This document shows positions 1 to 10,487 of a stretch of DNA of 64,000 nt, in pieces (the stretch's first letter is position 1; each line of letters opens with the position of its first letter). Both the position numbers and the translations under genes were made by a program. Location of the stretch: IMG/VR virus record IMGVR_UViG_3300025030_000051, positions 32,001-96,000 of that record, one strand, 5' to 3'. The stretch comes from a virus. The notes under the pieces are model-generated. The model did no database searches. It saw only the letters and a list, made by a program, of their open reading frames with translations, and was not told where the DNA came from.

Positions 1-1430
1 ATATATGGAGATTCATTTTCATTTAATTTAAAATATAATTTAGCATATTCTTCCATAACTATAGGAGCATATGGTCTGAACCACTCTCTATTCTTTATTT
101 CTTTATTTAAATAATCAACTGTTTCTTTCTTTATAGGAGAAGCTAAAATACTTCTATTTCCTAATGCTCTTGGTCCAATTTCTGCTTTACCTTTTGACCA
201 GCCAACTATAGCGCCATTATTTAATAATTTTGCAACTTCTTTGAATATATTTTCTGGAATTGTATAATTTATTTTGTATAGATCGAATATTTTATTTGAA
301 ATATTTACATTTATGTCGTAACCATGATAGGCATTTTTAAATATTGTTTTTTTAGATGATTTTAATATATTATGTTTTGTATATAATGCTGCTCCTAAAG
401 CATTTCCACCATCGTGAGATGCTGGATTTATGTATATATTTTTAAATTTAGTATTCTCAATAATTTTATTATTCACCACACTATTTAAAAAAGATCCGCC
501 TCCAACACAAATATTTTCTAATTTAGTCTCATTATATAAATCATTAGTTAATGAAATTATAACTTCCTCAAAGAAATATTGTAAACTTGCTGCTATATCA
601 TAATGTATTTCATTTATTTTTTCATCTTTATTTCTAAACTTAGTATTAAATAATTCAGAATATGTTTTTTCATTTTTAAAAGATGGTGGACCTCCGTTTA
701 CATTAAATATTAAATAATTTTCATTGAAGCTAAAACTAAACGGTGATGATTTTTTATATATCTTTTTAAAAGAATTTAAAAACTTAGGCTTGCCAAATGA
801 TGCTAATGCCATTACTTTACCCTCTGGGTTTGGACCGAAAAATCCCAAAGAATTACAGAATAAAGTATACATGAATCCTAAGCTATCAGGATATGTTATG
901 AAATTAATTCTGGTTATTTTATTTGACGAACCCTTGCTAAAAGTCATAGATTCAAATTCACCCAATCCATCAGATGTAAATATCGCAGCTTCATTAAAAT
1001 TAGAACAATAAAATGCTAATGCAGAATGAGTATCATGATGGTTTACATTAAAAACATACGCATTTGGAAATATTTGTTTTATAAGTTTTTTTATTATAGA
1101 CAAATTATAAGAGACATTAAAACAAGATTCTTTTACTGATAAGAATGTATGTTTTCCTTGTTTTTCATAATAATTAAAAAAGTCCCAATATTCAGATAAT
1201 ACAAGACTGTCATCATTTCCTATAGAAACATATTCTATATCACTTAAGTTAACATTAAGATTATTTTTAATGTAATCAATAGATGCTATTGGAAAACAAT
1301 CAGTGTGTTTCTCACCGTTGAATCTTTCTTCTTCTCCGACAAAAATTATTCCATCTTTGTTTGAATCAATTAGTGCAACAGAAGAATTGTGCAGACCTTT
1401 GCCACCCTTAATTCCTAAGATTAGTGCCAC
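1..1430 (-). CDS. Carbamoyltransferase (NodU/CmcH/TobZ family), 3' end runs off the window
   Basis: Absent from the ORF track; manual translation from GTG at 1430 gives MALILGIKGGKGLHNSSVALID...GEEERFNGEKH, later GGGSFLNSVVN and GPRALGNRSILA...KNREWFRPYAP, typical motifs of this family. Confidence 0.92.
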   Translation of the reverse strand, partial: MALILGIKGGKGLHNSSVALIDSNKDGIIFVGEEERFNGEKHTDCFPIASIDYIKNNLNVNLSDIEYVSIGNDDSLVLSEYWDFFNYYEKQGKHTFLSVKESCFNVSYNLSIIKKLIKQIFPNAYVFNVNHHDTHSALAFYCSNFNEAAIFTSDGLGEFESMTFSKGSSNKITRINFITYPDSLGFMYTLFCNSLGFFGPNPEGKVMALASFGKPKFLNSFKKIYKKSSPFSFSFNENYLIFNVNGGPPSFKNEKTYSELFNTKFRNKDEKINEIHYDIAASLQYFFEEVIISLTNDLYNETKLENICVGGGSFLNSVVNNKIIENTKFKNIYINPASHDGGNALGAALYTKHNILKSSKKTIFKNAYHGYDINVNISNKIFDLYKINYTIPENIFKEVAKLLNNGAIVGWSKGKAEIGPRALGNRSILASPIKKETVDYLNKEIKNREWFRPYAPIVMEEYAKLYFKLNENESPY

Positions 1431-1431
1431 T

Positions 1432-1695
1432 TTATAGTTTTTCTCTATTATTATAATCTAGAAATTTTCTTTTATATATTGTTTTACCACCATCTGGTGA
1501 TTCAAATATATTTTCTTTTCCAATTACTATAGGATTTTGCTTATTAAGAATTATTACACAAAGATTTTCTAATTTATATTGTTTCACAAATTCATTATAA
1601 ACTTCAAAGAAATTTTCACTTCTTGTTATCAATGAAAATGGCATTGGTTCATCTGATTCTGTTAATTGTTTTATATCCCAAAGTTCATATATCAT
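1432..1695 (-). CDS. Hypothetical protein
   Basis: ORF tightly coupled to its neighbours. Confidence 0.55.
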   Translation of the reverse strand: MIYELWDIKQLTESDEPMPFSLITRSENFFEVYNEFVKQYKLENLCVIILNKQNPIVIGKENIFESPDGGKTIYKRKFLDYNNREKL

Positions 1696-1696
1696 G

Positions 1697-2152
1697 CTAA
1701 TCCCACCATCCTTTTAAATCACTTTTTAATATATCAAATAACTCGTTCCATTCTTTTTCTTCTAATTTATAAGAATTTTTAAATATTTTATTTTCATCAT
1801 AATCTTTAAATCCAAGTTGTTTTTTTCTCACCATCTCATATAATTCTTTATTTGGTAACTTTACAAAATTTATTTTATAAGCCTTGCAGTTATAGCCGCA
1901 TCTTTCGGAATAATCATCTTTTAAAAAATTATCTAATAATTCTATTACTTTCTCCATTCTTTCTACTTTTTGAAGTCTTGTTTTATCGATTTCTATCCCA
2001 TATTTTTCTATATATTCTTTCAATAACTTTAATTGAAATTGAAACATTTCTAATAAATAATTAAAGTCCCAAGGTCGCATTCTTGAAACTATTCTAAAAT
2101 ATTTGAAAAAATTTTCTATTGACCATTTTAATTTATAGTATAAATCTGACAT
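1697..2152 (-). CDS. Hypothetical phage protein
   Basis: 151-aa ORF ending GWWD, a C-terminus common in phage hypothetical proteins. Confidence 0.65.
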   Translation of the reverse strand: MSDLYYKLKWSIENFFKYFRIVSRMRPWDFNYLLEMFQFQLKLLKEYIEKYGIEIDKTRLQKVERMEKVIELLDNFLKDDYSERCGYNCKAYKINFVKLPNKELYEMVRKKQLGFKDYDENKIFKNSYKLEEKEWNELFDILKSDLKGWWD

Positions 2153-2156
2153 TGTA

Positions 2157-2900
2157 TTAATTTATTTTTTCTAAAATTAAATCATTTTTATAGAATGCAT
2201 TTATTCTTACAAATTCACAATTTAAATATTCTATAATTTCTTGTTCTCTTTCAATATCTCTTTCTTTTAATTCACCATTTAACTTATAATGCCTTCTTTC
2301 ATAAAATTCTATCACTATGTTTTTCTTTTTATCATAACCGTCTACCCAATAACCAAGCTCTTTAATACGAAATTCTCCGCCATTCATTGCGTGTTGAAAA
2401 TTATAATTATAAAACTTATTAATCCAATAAATTACGTCACACGCAATAATATTAAAACCTGGATGTATTTGTCCGCCATTAAATTTAATTTCTTCAATTC
2501 TTTTTATCATAGTTAATCTATGCTTTCTTTTAGTTTCTCTAGTTCTTTTAGTTCCAGAAGATGGGCTTCCATTTTTTAAATATAAATCAGATATGTGTTT
2601 TCTATATTTTAATGTGTGCTTGTGACCCTTAAATCTACCACGTCTATTTAATTCTTTAAATCTATCACCATATAATTTATCTTTATAAGATTTTAATTTT
2701 TTATCAGCCTCTTCTTTTCCGTATTTTTCTAACCATATATTGTAATGATTTTTTCCATACATACCATTATTTTCTTTTGAAGTATTACAAAATCTACACA
2801 ATGTATTATTTTTTATACCTCTTTTCAAATTATATTCATTTTTATAAAAAATTTCTTTATTACATTTTGGACAATTTCTTTTAAACTGACTTTTTTTCAT
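2157..2900 (-). CDS. Putative homing endonuclease (Vsr/DUF559-like nuclease domain, CxxC module, NUMOD3-like segments)
   Basis: CPKC..CRFC; C-terminal HAMNGGE..GYWVDGYD..IVIEFYERRH; paralog of 3763-4755 and 14910-15806. Confidence 0.8.
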   Translation of the reverse strand: MKKSQFKRNCPKCNKEIFYKNEYNLKRGIKNNTLCRFCNTSKENNGMYGKNHYNIWLEKYGKEEADKKLKSYKDKLYGDRFKELNRRGRFKGHKHTLKYRKHISDLYLKNGSPSSGTKRTRETKRKHRLTMIKRIEEIKFNGGQIHPGFNIIACDVIYWINKFYNYNFQHAMNGGEFRIKELGYWVDGYDKKKNIVIEFYERRHYKLNGELKERDIEREQEIIEYLNCEFVRINAFYKNDLILEKIN

Positions 2901-3769
2901 TCAATTATATTTTTTTCATTTAAAATTTTTGAATATATATTATCAGCTATAAAATCCTCATATCTTTTATATTTCTGACATCTATTAAAGTTCTCTTTTA
3001 TAAATGGCATCATAATCTCATAATTATTTGGTTCAGATATAGTTTCAAATATTCCTGCTAAATCTTCCAATTTTTCAAATTGCAAGATTCCTTTTTCGTC
3101 AAAATAATTTCCAATATTTTTACACCCCCAATAAATCGGTACTGTTCCTGTCGCAAAACAATCTAGTAATTTTTCCGTATAATAGTATTTAGCTCTTGAA
3201 TTTTCTATAGTTATAGAATACTGATAATCCTTAAGCCCTTCTTCTTTAAATTTAATGGGATTTACTGAACCATCACCATATAAATCTAAATTTTCTATGT
3301 TCATATCAGCAACCCGATGTCTTAGTATATGGCCTTCTGTCCAATTCTTAAAAGAATATATCATTGAGATTAATTTTGTCTTATCGTGTATTTTTATTTC
3401 ATCATCACTAACCCATATACCATTATCTGGAGTAAAAATACATTTTTCTGGATAAGTGTCTAAAAGTTTTTCATCATACGTCATTATATAATCAAATTTA
3501 CTTATATGCTTTTTTTCTAAATTATTTAATCTTTGATTTTGTAAATCACTTATAGCCCTTGGGTCATGAATCCAAGCTAATTTTATTTTACTGTGAACTT
3601 GATCTATGATTTCTTCTTGGTCTAGATCAAAGCAGCGATCTATGAATACTGAAATTCCGTAATATACAAAATGGCCTGTGGTATATTTTATTTTAGTAGG
3701 TATTTTATTTGGTTCAAAACTTAAAACTCTACTCATATTTTTATCTGTTATTATATTTATTTCTAACAT
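2897..3769 (-). CDS. Glycosyltransferase family 10 (fucosyltransferase-like)
   Basis: YQYSITIENS..YYTEKLLDCFATGTVPIYWG is the GT10 signature. Confidence 0.88.
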   Translation of the reverse strand: MLEINIITDKNMSRVLSFEPNKIPTKIKYTTGHFVYYGISVFIDRCFDLDQEEIIDQVHSKIKLAWIHDPRAISDLQNQRLNNLEKKHISKFDYIMTYDEKLLDTYPEKCIFTPDNGIWVSDDEIKIHDKTKLISMIYSFKNWTEGHILRHRVADMNIENLDLYGDGSVNPIKFKEEGLKDYQYSITIENSRAKYYYTEKLLDCFATGTVPIYWGCKNIGNYFDEKGILQFEKLEDLAGIFETISEPNNYEIMMPFIKENFNRCQKYKRYEDFIADNIYSKILNEKNIIE

Positions 3770-4755
3770 AATTTTACTCTAATAAATTCATATCCTAAAT
3801 TTTCTAAATTTTTTTGTCTCTTAATGTCATTTTGTTTTAAATTTCCGTTATTATCAAAATGATGTCTTTCATCTACTTCTATAATTAATTTTCTTTCTTC
3901 ATCTATACCATCTGGAAAATATCTACCAACTCTAATTTCTCCACCATTTAATGCATGTCGAAAATTTAAATCATAATACATATTAAACCAATCTATTATT
4001 TCACAAGCAATTATACTATAAGATGGCCAAGAAAAATTATTGTTTTTTATTTTCTTTTCAATAATACTAATTCTTTGTTTTTCAATAGATTCTTCATTTC
4101 TAACCTTTCCTATTTGTTTAAATTTAATTTTATTTCTAGTTTCTATAGGAGTAACATACCCAAATTTTACACAACTTTGACATATTGAATCATTTTTTAT
4201 TGCATTTACATAACTTCCTTTATTTTTATAATAAATTATGTGATGACATTTAGGATTATTTAATGGATTAGAACATATTCTTTCATATTTTTCTTTACGT
4301 ATGATTTTTATTGAAGCACAACTTAAACATAAACGATTATTTTTTATAGAATTTTTATAAGCTTTATAACTCCTATATTTCATTACTTTTAAGCAATCAG
4401 AATTATTTAATGGATTTATACAAATTTTTTCATAAATTTTTTTAGAAGTTGTATATAAACCAGATTTATAATTTGAATTATTTTCACCAGATTTAGAACA
4501 ACTTTTACATTTTCTATTATTCTTTAAAGCAGTCAAATATGAAAATTTAGATTTATATTTAATTTCTTTTTTACATTTAGGGCAAATTCTTTTATTAGAT
4601 TCAATAAAATATTTTATATGATTGCACTTTAAACAAGTAGCATTATTCTTTATAGCTCTACAATAAGACTTTTTATTTTTATAATAAATAATCTTATTAC
4701 ATTTAGAATTATTTTTTGGATTTGGACATTTTCTTTGATACAATTTTTCTTTCAA
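3763..4755 (-). CDS. Putative homing endonuclease with four Cys-rich repeats and Vsr/DUF559-like domain
   Basis: Four C-x-C...IYYKNK.SY..AIKN..CxxC-type modules; HALNGGE..YFPDG..IIEVDERHH. Confidence 0.8.
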   Translation of the reverse strand: MKEKLYQRKCPNPKNNSKCNKIIYYKNKKSYCRAIKNNATCLKCNHIKYFIESNKRICPKCKKEIKYKSKFSYLTALKNNRKCKSCSKSGENNSNYKSGLYTTSKKIYEKICINPLNNSDCLKVMKYRSYKAYKNSIKNNRLCLSCASIKIIRKEKYERICSNPLNNPKCHHIIYYKNKGSYVNAIKNDSICQSCVKFGYVTPIETRNKIKFKQIGKVRNEESIEKQRISIIEKKIKNNNFSWPSYSIIACEIIDWFNMYYDLNFRHALNGGEIRVGRYFPDGIDEERKLIIEVDERHHFDNNGNLKQNDIKRQKNLENLGYEFIRVKLC

Positions 4756-4793
4756 TGCTCTTTTTAATGTTTTGTCTAAGAAAATTTCTTTTA

Positions 4794-5012
4794 CTATTTC
4801 AACATATTTAAATTTAAGTCATAGTCTGACAGCTTATCTTGAATAATCTCTAAAAATTTTTTTGATGTTAGATTATTTTCATATTTTAAATCTTGTCTTA
4901 CTTCTTGTTCTATATCACACAAACAAAAATACAAATCAATTGCTTTAACATACACTTTATATTTTTCTTCTTCATCTGACTCATTTAAATCAAATTCTAA
5001 TATTGCTTTCAT
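4794..5012 (-). CDS. Hypothetical phage protein
   Basis: MKAILEFDL N-terminus; small phage ORF. Confidence 0.55.
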   Translation of the reverse strand: MKAILEFDLNESDEEEKYKVYVKAIDLYFCLCDIEQEVRQDLKYENNLTSKKFLEIIQDKLSDYDLNLNMLK

Positions 5013-5069
5013 ATAAACACTCTTTTATTTTTATTAAAATTTTTTCAGAATTAATTTACAATATTCATA

Positions 5070-5789
5070 TCACATTTCAATCCTTTCTCCATGCCCCCAA
5101 AATTTTGAATAACCAAATTTCATATTTTTATCTCTTGAAAACTTATGAAGAAAACAAATTCCATCATAAAAATGTATTGAAAATAAATCTTTTTCAAATT
5201 CGTCAAATATTGTCTTATTTTTATCAGTATAACAGTGTAGTTTATCTGCCATAGATTTCAAATATTCCATTGCTGAAAATGAATTATCACCATGAATTAT
5301 ATTTGTATTATTTCCATATGTATCTTTGTCTCTGTCAGAATCCCAATTTTTATCATAACAGCAAAATGTATCTTCTACAATGTATACTCCATTGTTTGAA
5401 AGAAGTGGAAACAAAGTTTTTAATGACGTAATTATTTGATGATTCTCATGTCCAGAATCATCTATACATATATCTATAGGTCCATATTTTTCATTTATCT
5501 TTATAAGAAAATTTATGTCACATTGGTCTCCAATTTCTACAAAAACATTTTTTGATTTATCTTCAAATTGTTTACAATATGGATCGATATCCACTGACAC
5601 TATATTTTTTGCATTTTTAAAATATTCTCTTAAAGTATATGTAAAACCAGCATTGTAACAACCTAATTCCAATATATTTATATTTTCATTTTTTAAAAAT
5701 GAAAGTTCACTATCATATATCTGCCAAAAGTGTGTTTCTTTTATTGCTGCACCCTGAATTCTATTATTAAATGCTTCTATAAAATTCAT
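5070..5789 (-). CDS. Class I SAM-dependent methyltransferase (sugar O-methyltransferase-like)
   Basis: ILELGC..VSVDID..IGDQ..DICIDDSGH..GVYIVED. Confidence 0.88.
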   Translation of the reverse strand: MNFIEAFNNRIQGAAIKETHFWQIYDSELSFLKNENINILELGCYNAGFTYTLREYFKNAKNIVSVDIDPYCKQFEDKSKNVFVEIGDQCDINFLIKINEKYGPIDICIDDSGHENHQIITSLKTLFPLLSNNGVYIVEDTFCCYDKNWDSDRDKDTYGNNTNIIHGDNSFSAMEYLKSMADKLHCYTDKNKTIFDEFEKDLFSIHFYDGICFLHKFSRDKNMKFGYSKFWGHGERIEM

Positions 5790-6328
5790 TTTAAATTCTA
5801 AAATTAACCATTTTTATATTCATAAAATTCTATAGAATGAAATATTATATAAAAAATGTTTTGATAAAAATTAAAGTCAAAATCGTTATCTCTATATTGT
5901 TTAAAAATTTCAATAATACAACCGTGTATCTTAATACTAGTATCCATTTTTGCTACAGATAAGTACATACTTTATTCAGGAAAAAATTGAGATGATACTA
6001 CCCATCTAAGTGATGTAACTTCATCAATTTTAGTTTTATTTTCAATAATTCTTATTGTTTTATAAAAAAAATTATTTTTTATTTTATTTTTTACAGATTC
6101 CATTTCATGATTCATGCAAAACATTATTTGATTAATTATTTGGTTCATTATTTTCTTTTATACTTTTTTCTATTTTCAAATTTCTTTTTAATCTTCTTTT
6201 TTCTATTCTCCCAATATTGTGTCTCAAAAACAGGAGTTCTATTGATTATTTCAGTTTGAGTTCTCATTCTTCTTGCTAATCTTTGTTTTTGTCTATGATT
6301 CATAATCTTTCATTCTCAATTTATTACA

Positions 6329-6913
6329 TTATTTTTTGTTTGAGACTTCTACTTTCTGTCTGTTAGATATTTGCTTAGCGGTAATATTAGATTTATGACC
6401 TTCTATTTTAGAAGATACTATTACAGTTCTTAATATTTTTTGAGAAGTAGATTTTGTTTTTTGCATAAATGGTATAGACTTTTCTTCTATTAACTCCTTA
6501 TCTCTTAACTGTCCCAGATAAGGACCTTGTTTGCATTCATAAACTACACTATTATCTTCTTCTACAGTATAATTGTGTCCACCAAAATACGTAATTGAAA
6601 CATCACCTTCGTTCAATATTATATCTTCTAAAAAAGATTTGTCTAAGTCGTAAAATGATACCTTAATTCTGCCTTTAATAACAGCCCAACATTCCTGCGT
6701 AGTAGTTATCTTCCTTATCTGTCTGTTATGTTGATGTGCTTTAAACTTATGTCCCTTCTTAGGCAAATAAAGATAAGCAACTTGTAAAAATTCTGATTCT
6801 GGACTAAGATCAAATCTCTTAATTTCTCCATTAAAATCAAACGGGTTAAAAAATACTGAATGAAGTAATTTATCTTTTTCTATTTTTGAATATACTTTAT
6901 GTAAATTTTTCAT
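6329..6913 (-). CDS. Cupin-fold protein (WbuC/sugar isomerase-like)
   Basis: AHQH..TQE..GGHNY..YECKQGPY metal-binding cupin motifs. Confidence 0.75.
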   Translation of the reverse strand: MKNLHKVYSKIEKDKLLHSVFFNPFDFNGEIKRFDLSPESEFLQVAYLYLPKKGHKFKAHQHNRQIRKITTTQECWAVIKGRIKVSFYDLDKSFLEDIILNEGDVSITYFGGHNYTVEEDNSVVYECKQGPYLGQLRDKELIEEKSIPFMQKTKSTSQKILRTVIVSSKIEGHKSNITAKQISNRQKVEVSNKK

Positions 6914-6950
6914 TTTGAATCTTTTCTTTTATGTTTAATTGTTTCATAAT

Positions 6951-7160
6951 TTAATCTTTTTCTAGTTTCTTAATAAGTTTCCTTAAGGCTTTATATTGTC
7001 CCCATGTTAATTGAAAATTAAAATTACCAAAAGAATTTATTGTAACATCAAACCCTTCTCCATTATACCATTCTGTTATTTCAATAAAATCATCTTCTTT
7101 AGATAAATAGTCAAATTCTTTTAATTCAGTAAAAATTGCATTTCTAGTATATTTTTTCAT
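6951..7160 (-). CDS. Hypothetical phage protein
   Basis: Small ORF with EWYNGEGFDV motif. Confidence 0.55.
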   Translation of the reverse strand: MKKYTRNAIFTELKEFDYLSKEDDFIEITEWYNGEGFDVTINSFGNFNFQLTWGQYKALRKLIKKLEKD

Positions 7161-7161
7161 T

Positions 7162-7506
7162 TTAATTTCTATAATCTAATTTTACTATTTTTCCATTATA
7201 TTTGTCATAGTTATCAAATTTATCGTCACCACCAAATTCTTCAAACAATTATAAATTAATTTTTTTATATTGCTCTTCAGTCAGCGCTTCTGCTTTTTTC
7301 ATTATCAAAATTAAACCACTTCTAATACTAAATATTACTGGACATAAAAGTTCTTTTCTTTGATAAGTTTTCCAAATTTCTCTTTCATTTATATTTGCAA
7401 TTAATTCTTGTAAAAAATATTTCCATTCATATTTAAAAGTTGGTATTTTTATTACGAAATTTTGGAATATAAAAACTCTTCTTAAAATGCCAGAATCAGT
7501 TTTCAT
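7162..7506 (-). pseudogene. Kinase-like phage protein with an internal TAA (7249-7251)
   Basis: Frame continues past the stop as LFEEFGGDDKFDNYDKYNGKIVKLDYRN; VIKIP..ANINE and a degenerate N-Y-G/D-Y-G region resemble small phage kinase-fold proteins. Confidence 0.55.
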
Positions 7507-7900
7507 TTATTTTTTAGAAATGAATTCAAAAAAGTAAAAAATCTCTTAATTTTAATTTGAAACTTTAATAATAAAATTAAAAAATTTATATATTGTTTTA
7601 TAAACCAAAATATAGTACTATTTAAATATAGTAAGTCAAATAATAATATTTTTTCTTTAATTTTTTTCAATTGACATAGAATCATTTTTTAAAAAATATT
7701 TTATAGTAAATTCATTTTTATCAACATTTTGTCTAACAAAATTAAATACATTATTCATTATTTTATAAACGTTAATCACTTTGAAAAAATAGAAAAAATT
7801 CCAAATAAGACCAAACATTTCACCATTATCTATATAAATAATATTTCTTTTTTTACCAATTTTTTCTATTCTAACATAAAATAGAATAAATTCTACTTTT

Positions 7901-8854
7901 TTAAAAAATTTCATTTTTAATCTCATAATTTTCTTTTAATAATTTATTTACATCAATTTGTTTATAATCTTCATCAATTTCTGACATTATTCTATTCCAC
8001 TGATGAAAGCACGTATTTTGATTCCATAACTTTCTTTTACCATTTTCTTTAATTTTGTTGTATTCCTTTTGATTATTGTCTAAATACTTCATTTTTTCTA
8101 TTGCTTCATCTATTGAATTAAATACAACAATATCATTTTCTATGTCGTAATATTGTTCCATATCTGGAAATGGTTCTGTAACTAAAACACACCAGTTTGG
8201 AATTTCAACAACCCTTCCTTTTAATTCTTTCCCAGTATTTAATGAATTGTTTGTAAAACATAAAGAATATTTTGAGTTAGCCCAAATATTTTTAGTTTCA
8301 TCATATGTATTAGTTCTCTTATTATATACATCAATTCCTTTGTTATTAAATTCACTTATTAACTGTTGTCTATTTCCATGCATTCCACCAGTGTGAGAAA
8401 TATTGTAATAAAACTTTGTTGGATTTTCTATTTTCGACATCATTGTTGGATTAAATGCCCATCTCATTTTGTGAAAATTTTTGGCTTGCAATCCATCTGA
8501 AATGTAGTTACTTAATTCACCTTCAAATGTTATTACTCCATCAACGAAGCTAATCCAAAATTTTGAAAAATTAGCATATCGCCATCGATCATCCGACTGA
8601 AGAACGTAAATCTTTGAAAATTCTCTTAATCTAATTAATTCTGTGTGAAGTTTATCATATGCTAAGACGACAACATAATCTGGTTTATTATCTTTAACTA
8701 ATAAATATAAATCTTCAATATTATATTCAGAATAATCGTAATAATAAGTTTCATATCCAAGTTGCTCTGTAATATTATAGAACCAAACTATACCTGGGCT
8801 TATATCTGTTTTAGTTGAATTATACTGATTCATTACCAATAAAATCTTTTTCAA
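7901..8854 (-). CDS. Glycosyltransferase (CgeB/Glyco_trans_1_2-like)
   Basis: SKYSLCF..KGRVVEIP..VLVTE..YY..DIVVF..EAIEK C-terminal GT-B pattern. Confidence 0.82.
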   Translation of the reverse strand: MKKILLVMNQYNSTKTDISPGIVWFYNITEQLGYETYYYDYSEYNIEDLYLLVKDNKPDYVVVLAYDKLHTELIRLREFSKIYVLQSDDRWRYANFSKFWISFVDGVITFEGELSNYISDGLQAKNFHKMRWAFNPTMMSKIENPTKFYYNISHTGGMHGNRQQLISEFNNKGIDVYNKRTNTYDETKNIWANSKYSLCFTNNSLNTGKELKGRVVEIPNWCVLVTEPFPDMEQYYDIENDIVVFNSIDEAIEKMKYLDNNQKEYNKIKENGKRKLWNQNTCFHQWNRIMSEIDEDYKQIDVNKLLKENYEIKNEIF

Positions 8855-9164
8855 TTAATTTCTATTGTTTAATTTAACATAAAATTAGATTCATATAAAT
8901 GCATTATTTCCCAATAAATAATATTTGTTAATCCCCATCCATTTAAAAGTCCACAAGATTTTTCTTTTTATGAATTTCAACATATAAACTTGTAGATATT
9001 TTATCACTTATATTATATTTTGTAGCCATGATGATTTATTAATATAGAAAATTTCACAGAATGACAACTCATCCATTTATAAAAATCTTTTAATTTAAGC
9101 TTCTTTTTACTTTTTATTTTTTCTTTTTTAATCAAAATATGTTGTTTTTTAACTTCTTCTTTTT

Positions 9165-9404
9165 TCATCCTATAAATCTTGAACTTTCTTTTTTGAAATT
9201 GATAAACTTAAATTTTTCATCTACACAGCTTTCACATACTTGTGCTGTCCAAGTCTCTAAATCATATTTACTACCAAAACCCCAACTGTTTGATAAAGTC
9301 ATATATTCAAAATTATTCTTATTCCAGCAACTGTTGTCACAAGAATCACATATAACGTCTTCTACCTGTAATTCTATTTTTTGAATCTGCTTATATTTTA
9401 TCAT
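9165..9404 (-). CDS. Small Zn-finger hypothetical protein
   Basis: CDSC...WGFGSKYD...CESC. Confidence 0.65.
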   Translation of the reverse strand: MIKYKQIQKIELQVEDVICDSCDNSCWNKNNFEYMTLSNSWGFGSKYDLETWTAQVCESCVDEKFKFINFKKESSRFIG

Positions 9405-9578
9405 TTAATATTGTTTCATAAATAGAAAACCAAATATTATTAAAAATAGGTATGAAATCTTTTACCTTCCAATATATTGTTTTATTTTTAAAAATATTAT
9501 CTTCACATATTACTTTTTTAAAAGATTCCTATCTCATGTATTTCAGAAAATAAATAAAAAATATTAAAGAATATTCGA

Positions 9579-10487
9579 TTATTCATTTGGTTCATATTTC
9601 ATGAATCTATATTTTATATTCCTGCAAAACCACTTATTAAATCTGTCATACTTATAATTTTTTACTACTTCATCATATTTTTCTACATAATCATTTATCA
9701 GTAATTCTTTAAAGAAACTTGCTTGTTCTGGATTAAAATTATAAATGACCTTTATATTTCCCCAAATTTTACTTTCTTTAAATTTTAATTGCATGAACCC
9801 ATTGTTTATTAATAAATTATACAAAGAGCTTTCTGTAAAATAAGTTAGATGTTCTGGAGTAAATACTGACTTTATTCTATATTTTGCATTAAAAAATGAT
9901 GGAACTTCTATATATAATATTCCATCTTTAGAAATTAACTTAGATATTTTATTTAATACTTTTACTGGATTTATAAAATGTTCTAATGTATGTGACATTA
10001 TAATAAAATCAAATTTACTATCTGTTTTTAAATCTTCATTTTCAAAATCTAATTTTTGTATATCTATATTTTCTTTAATAACATTTGATATTTTATTTTC
10101 TAATGTTATACCAATACAACTATTAATTTCTTTTTTATATTTTAATTGAACATTTATTGCCATTAATACACCACCTTTACCTGCTCCAATATCTAAAATA
10201 TTAATATTGTCAAACCATTCTAAATAAGAATTACAAAAATTTAGTATGTATTTAGCCCTTCTGACCGAATGTTCTTTATAGTCCTTTGGATAGCTACACG
10301 GTAAATTGCGATAATGACTTTCATTGTAAATTGGATTTGAGTATACCGTTCCGCAATTATAACAGATAACTACTTCGTACAATATGAAATTTTTTATGAA
10401 CAAACTGAAACTTTTAAAATATAATTTATCACACACAGGACAGTTTCTGTACCTTGCCTGTTTTAAAAAATCAATATTAAATATCAT
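9579..10487 (-). CDS. Class I SAM methyltransferase with N-terminal Zn ribbon
   Basis: CPVC..CYNC; ILDIGAGKG; FDFIIMSHTLEH; LYIEVP. Confidence 0.9.
   Translation of the reverse strand: MIFNIDFLKQARYRNCPVCDKLYFKSFSLFIKNFILYEVVICYNCGTVYSNPIYNESHYRNLPCSYPKDYKEHSVRRAKYILNFCNSYLEWFDNINILDIGAGKGGVLMAINVQLKYKKEINSCIGITLENKISNVIKENIDIQKLDFENEDLKTDSKFDFIIMSHTLEHFINPVKVLNKISKLISKDGILYIEVPSFFNAKYRIKSVFTPEHLTYFTESSLYNLLINNGFMQLKFKESKIWGNIKVIYNFNPEQASFFKELLINDYVEKYDEVVKNYKYDRFNKWFCRNIKYRFMKYEPNE

Noticed and set aside
7246-7254. Second stop-hop (TTA-TAA-TTG) in the kinase-like gene
   Set aside because: No associated hairpin seen, the codons are not identical, and other motif positions look degenerate, so a nonsense pseudogene is the simpler explanation
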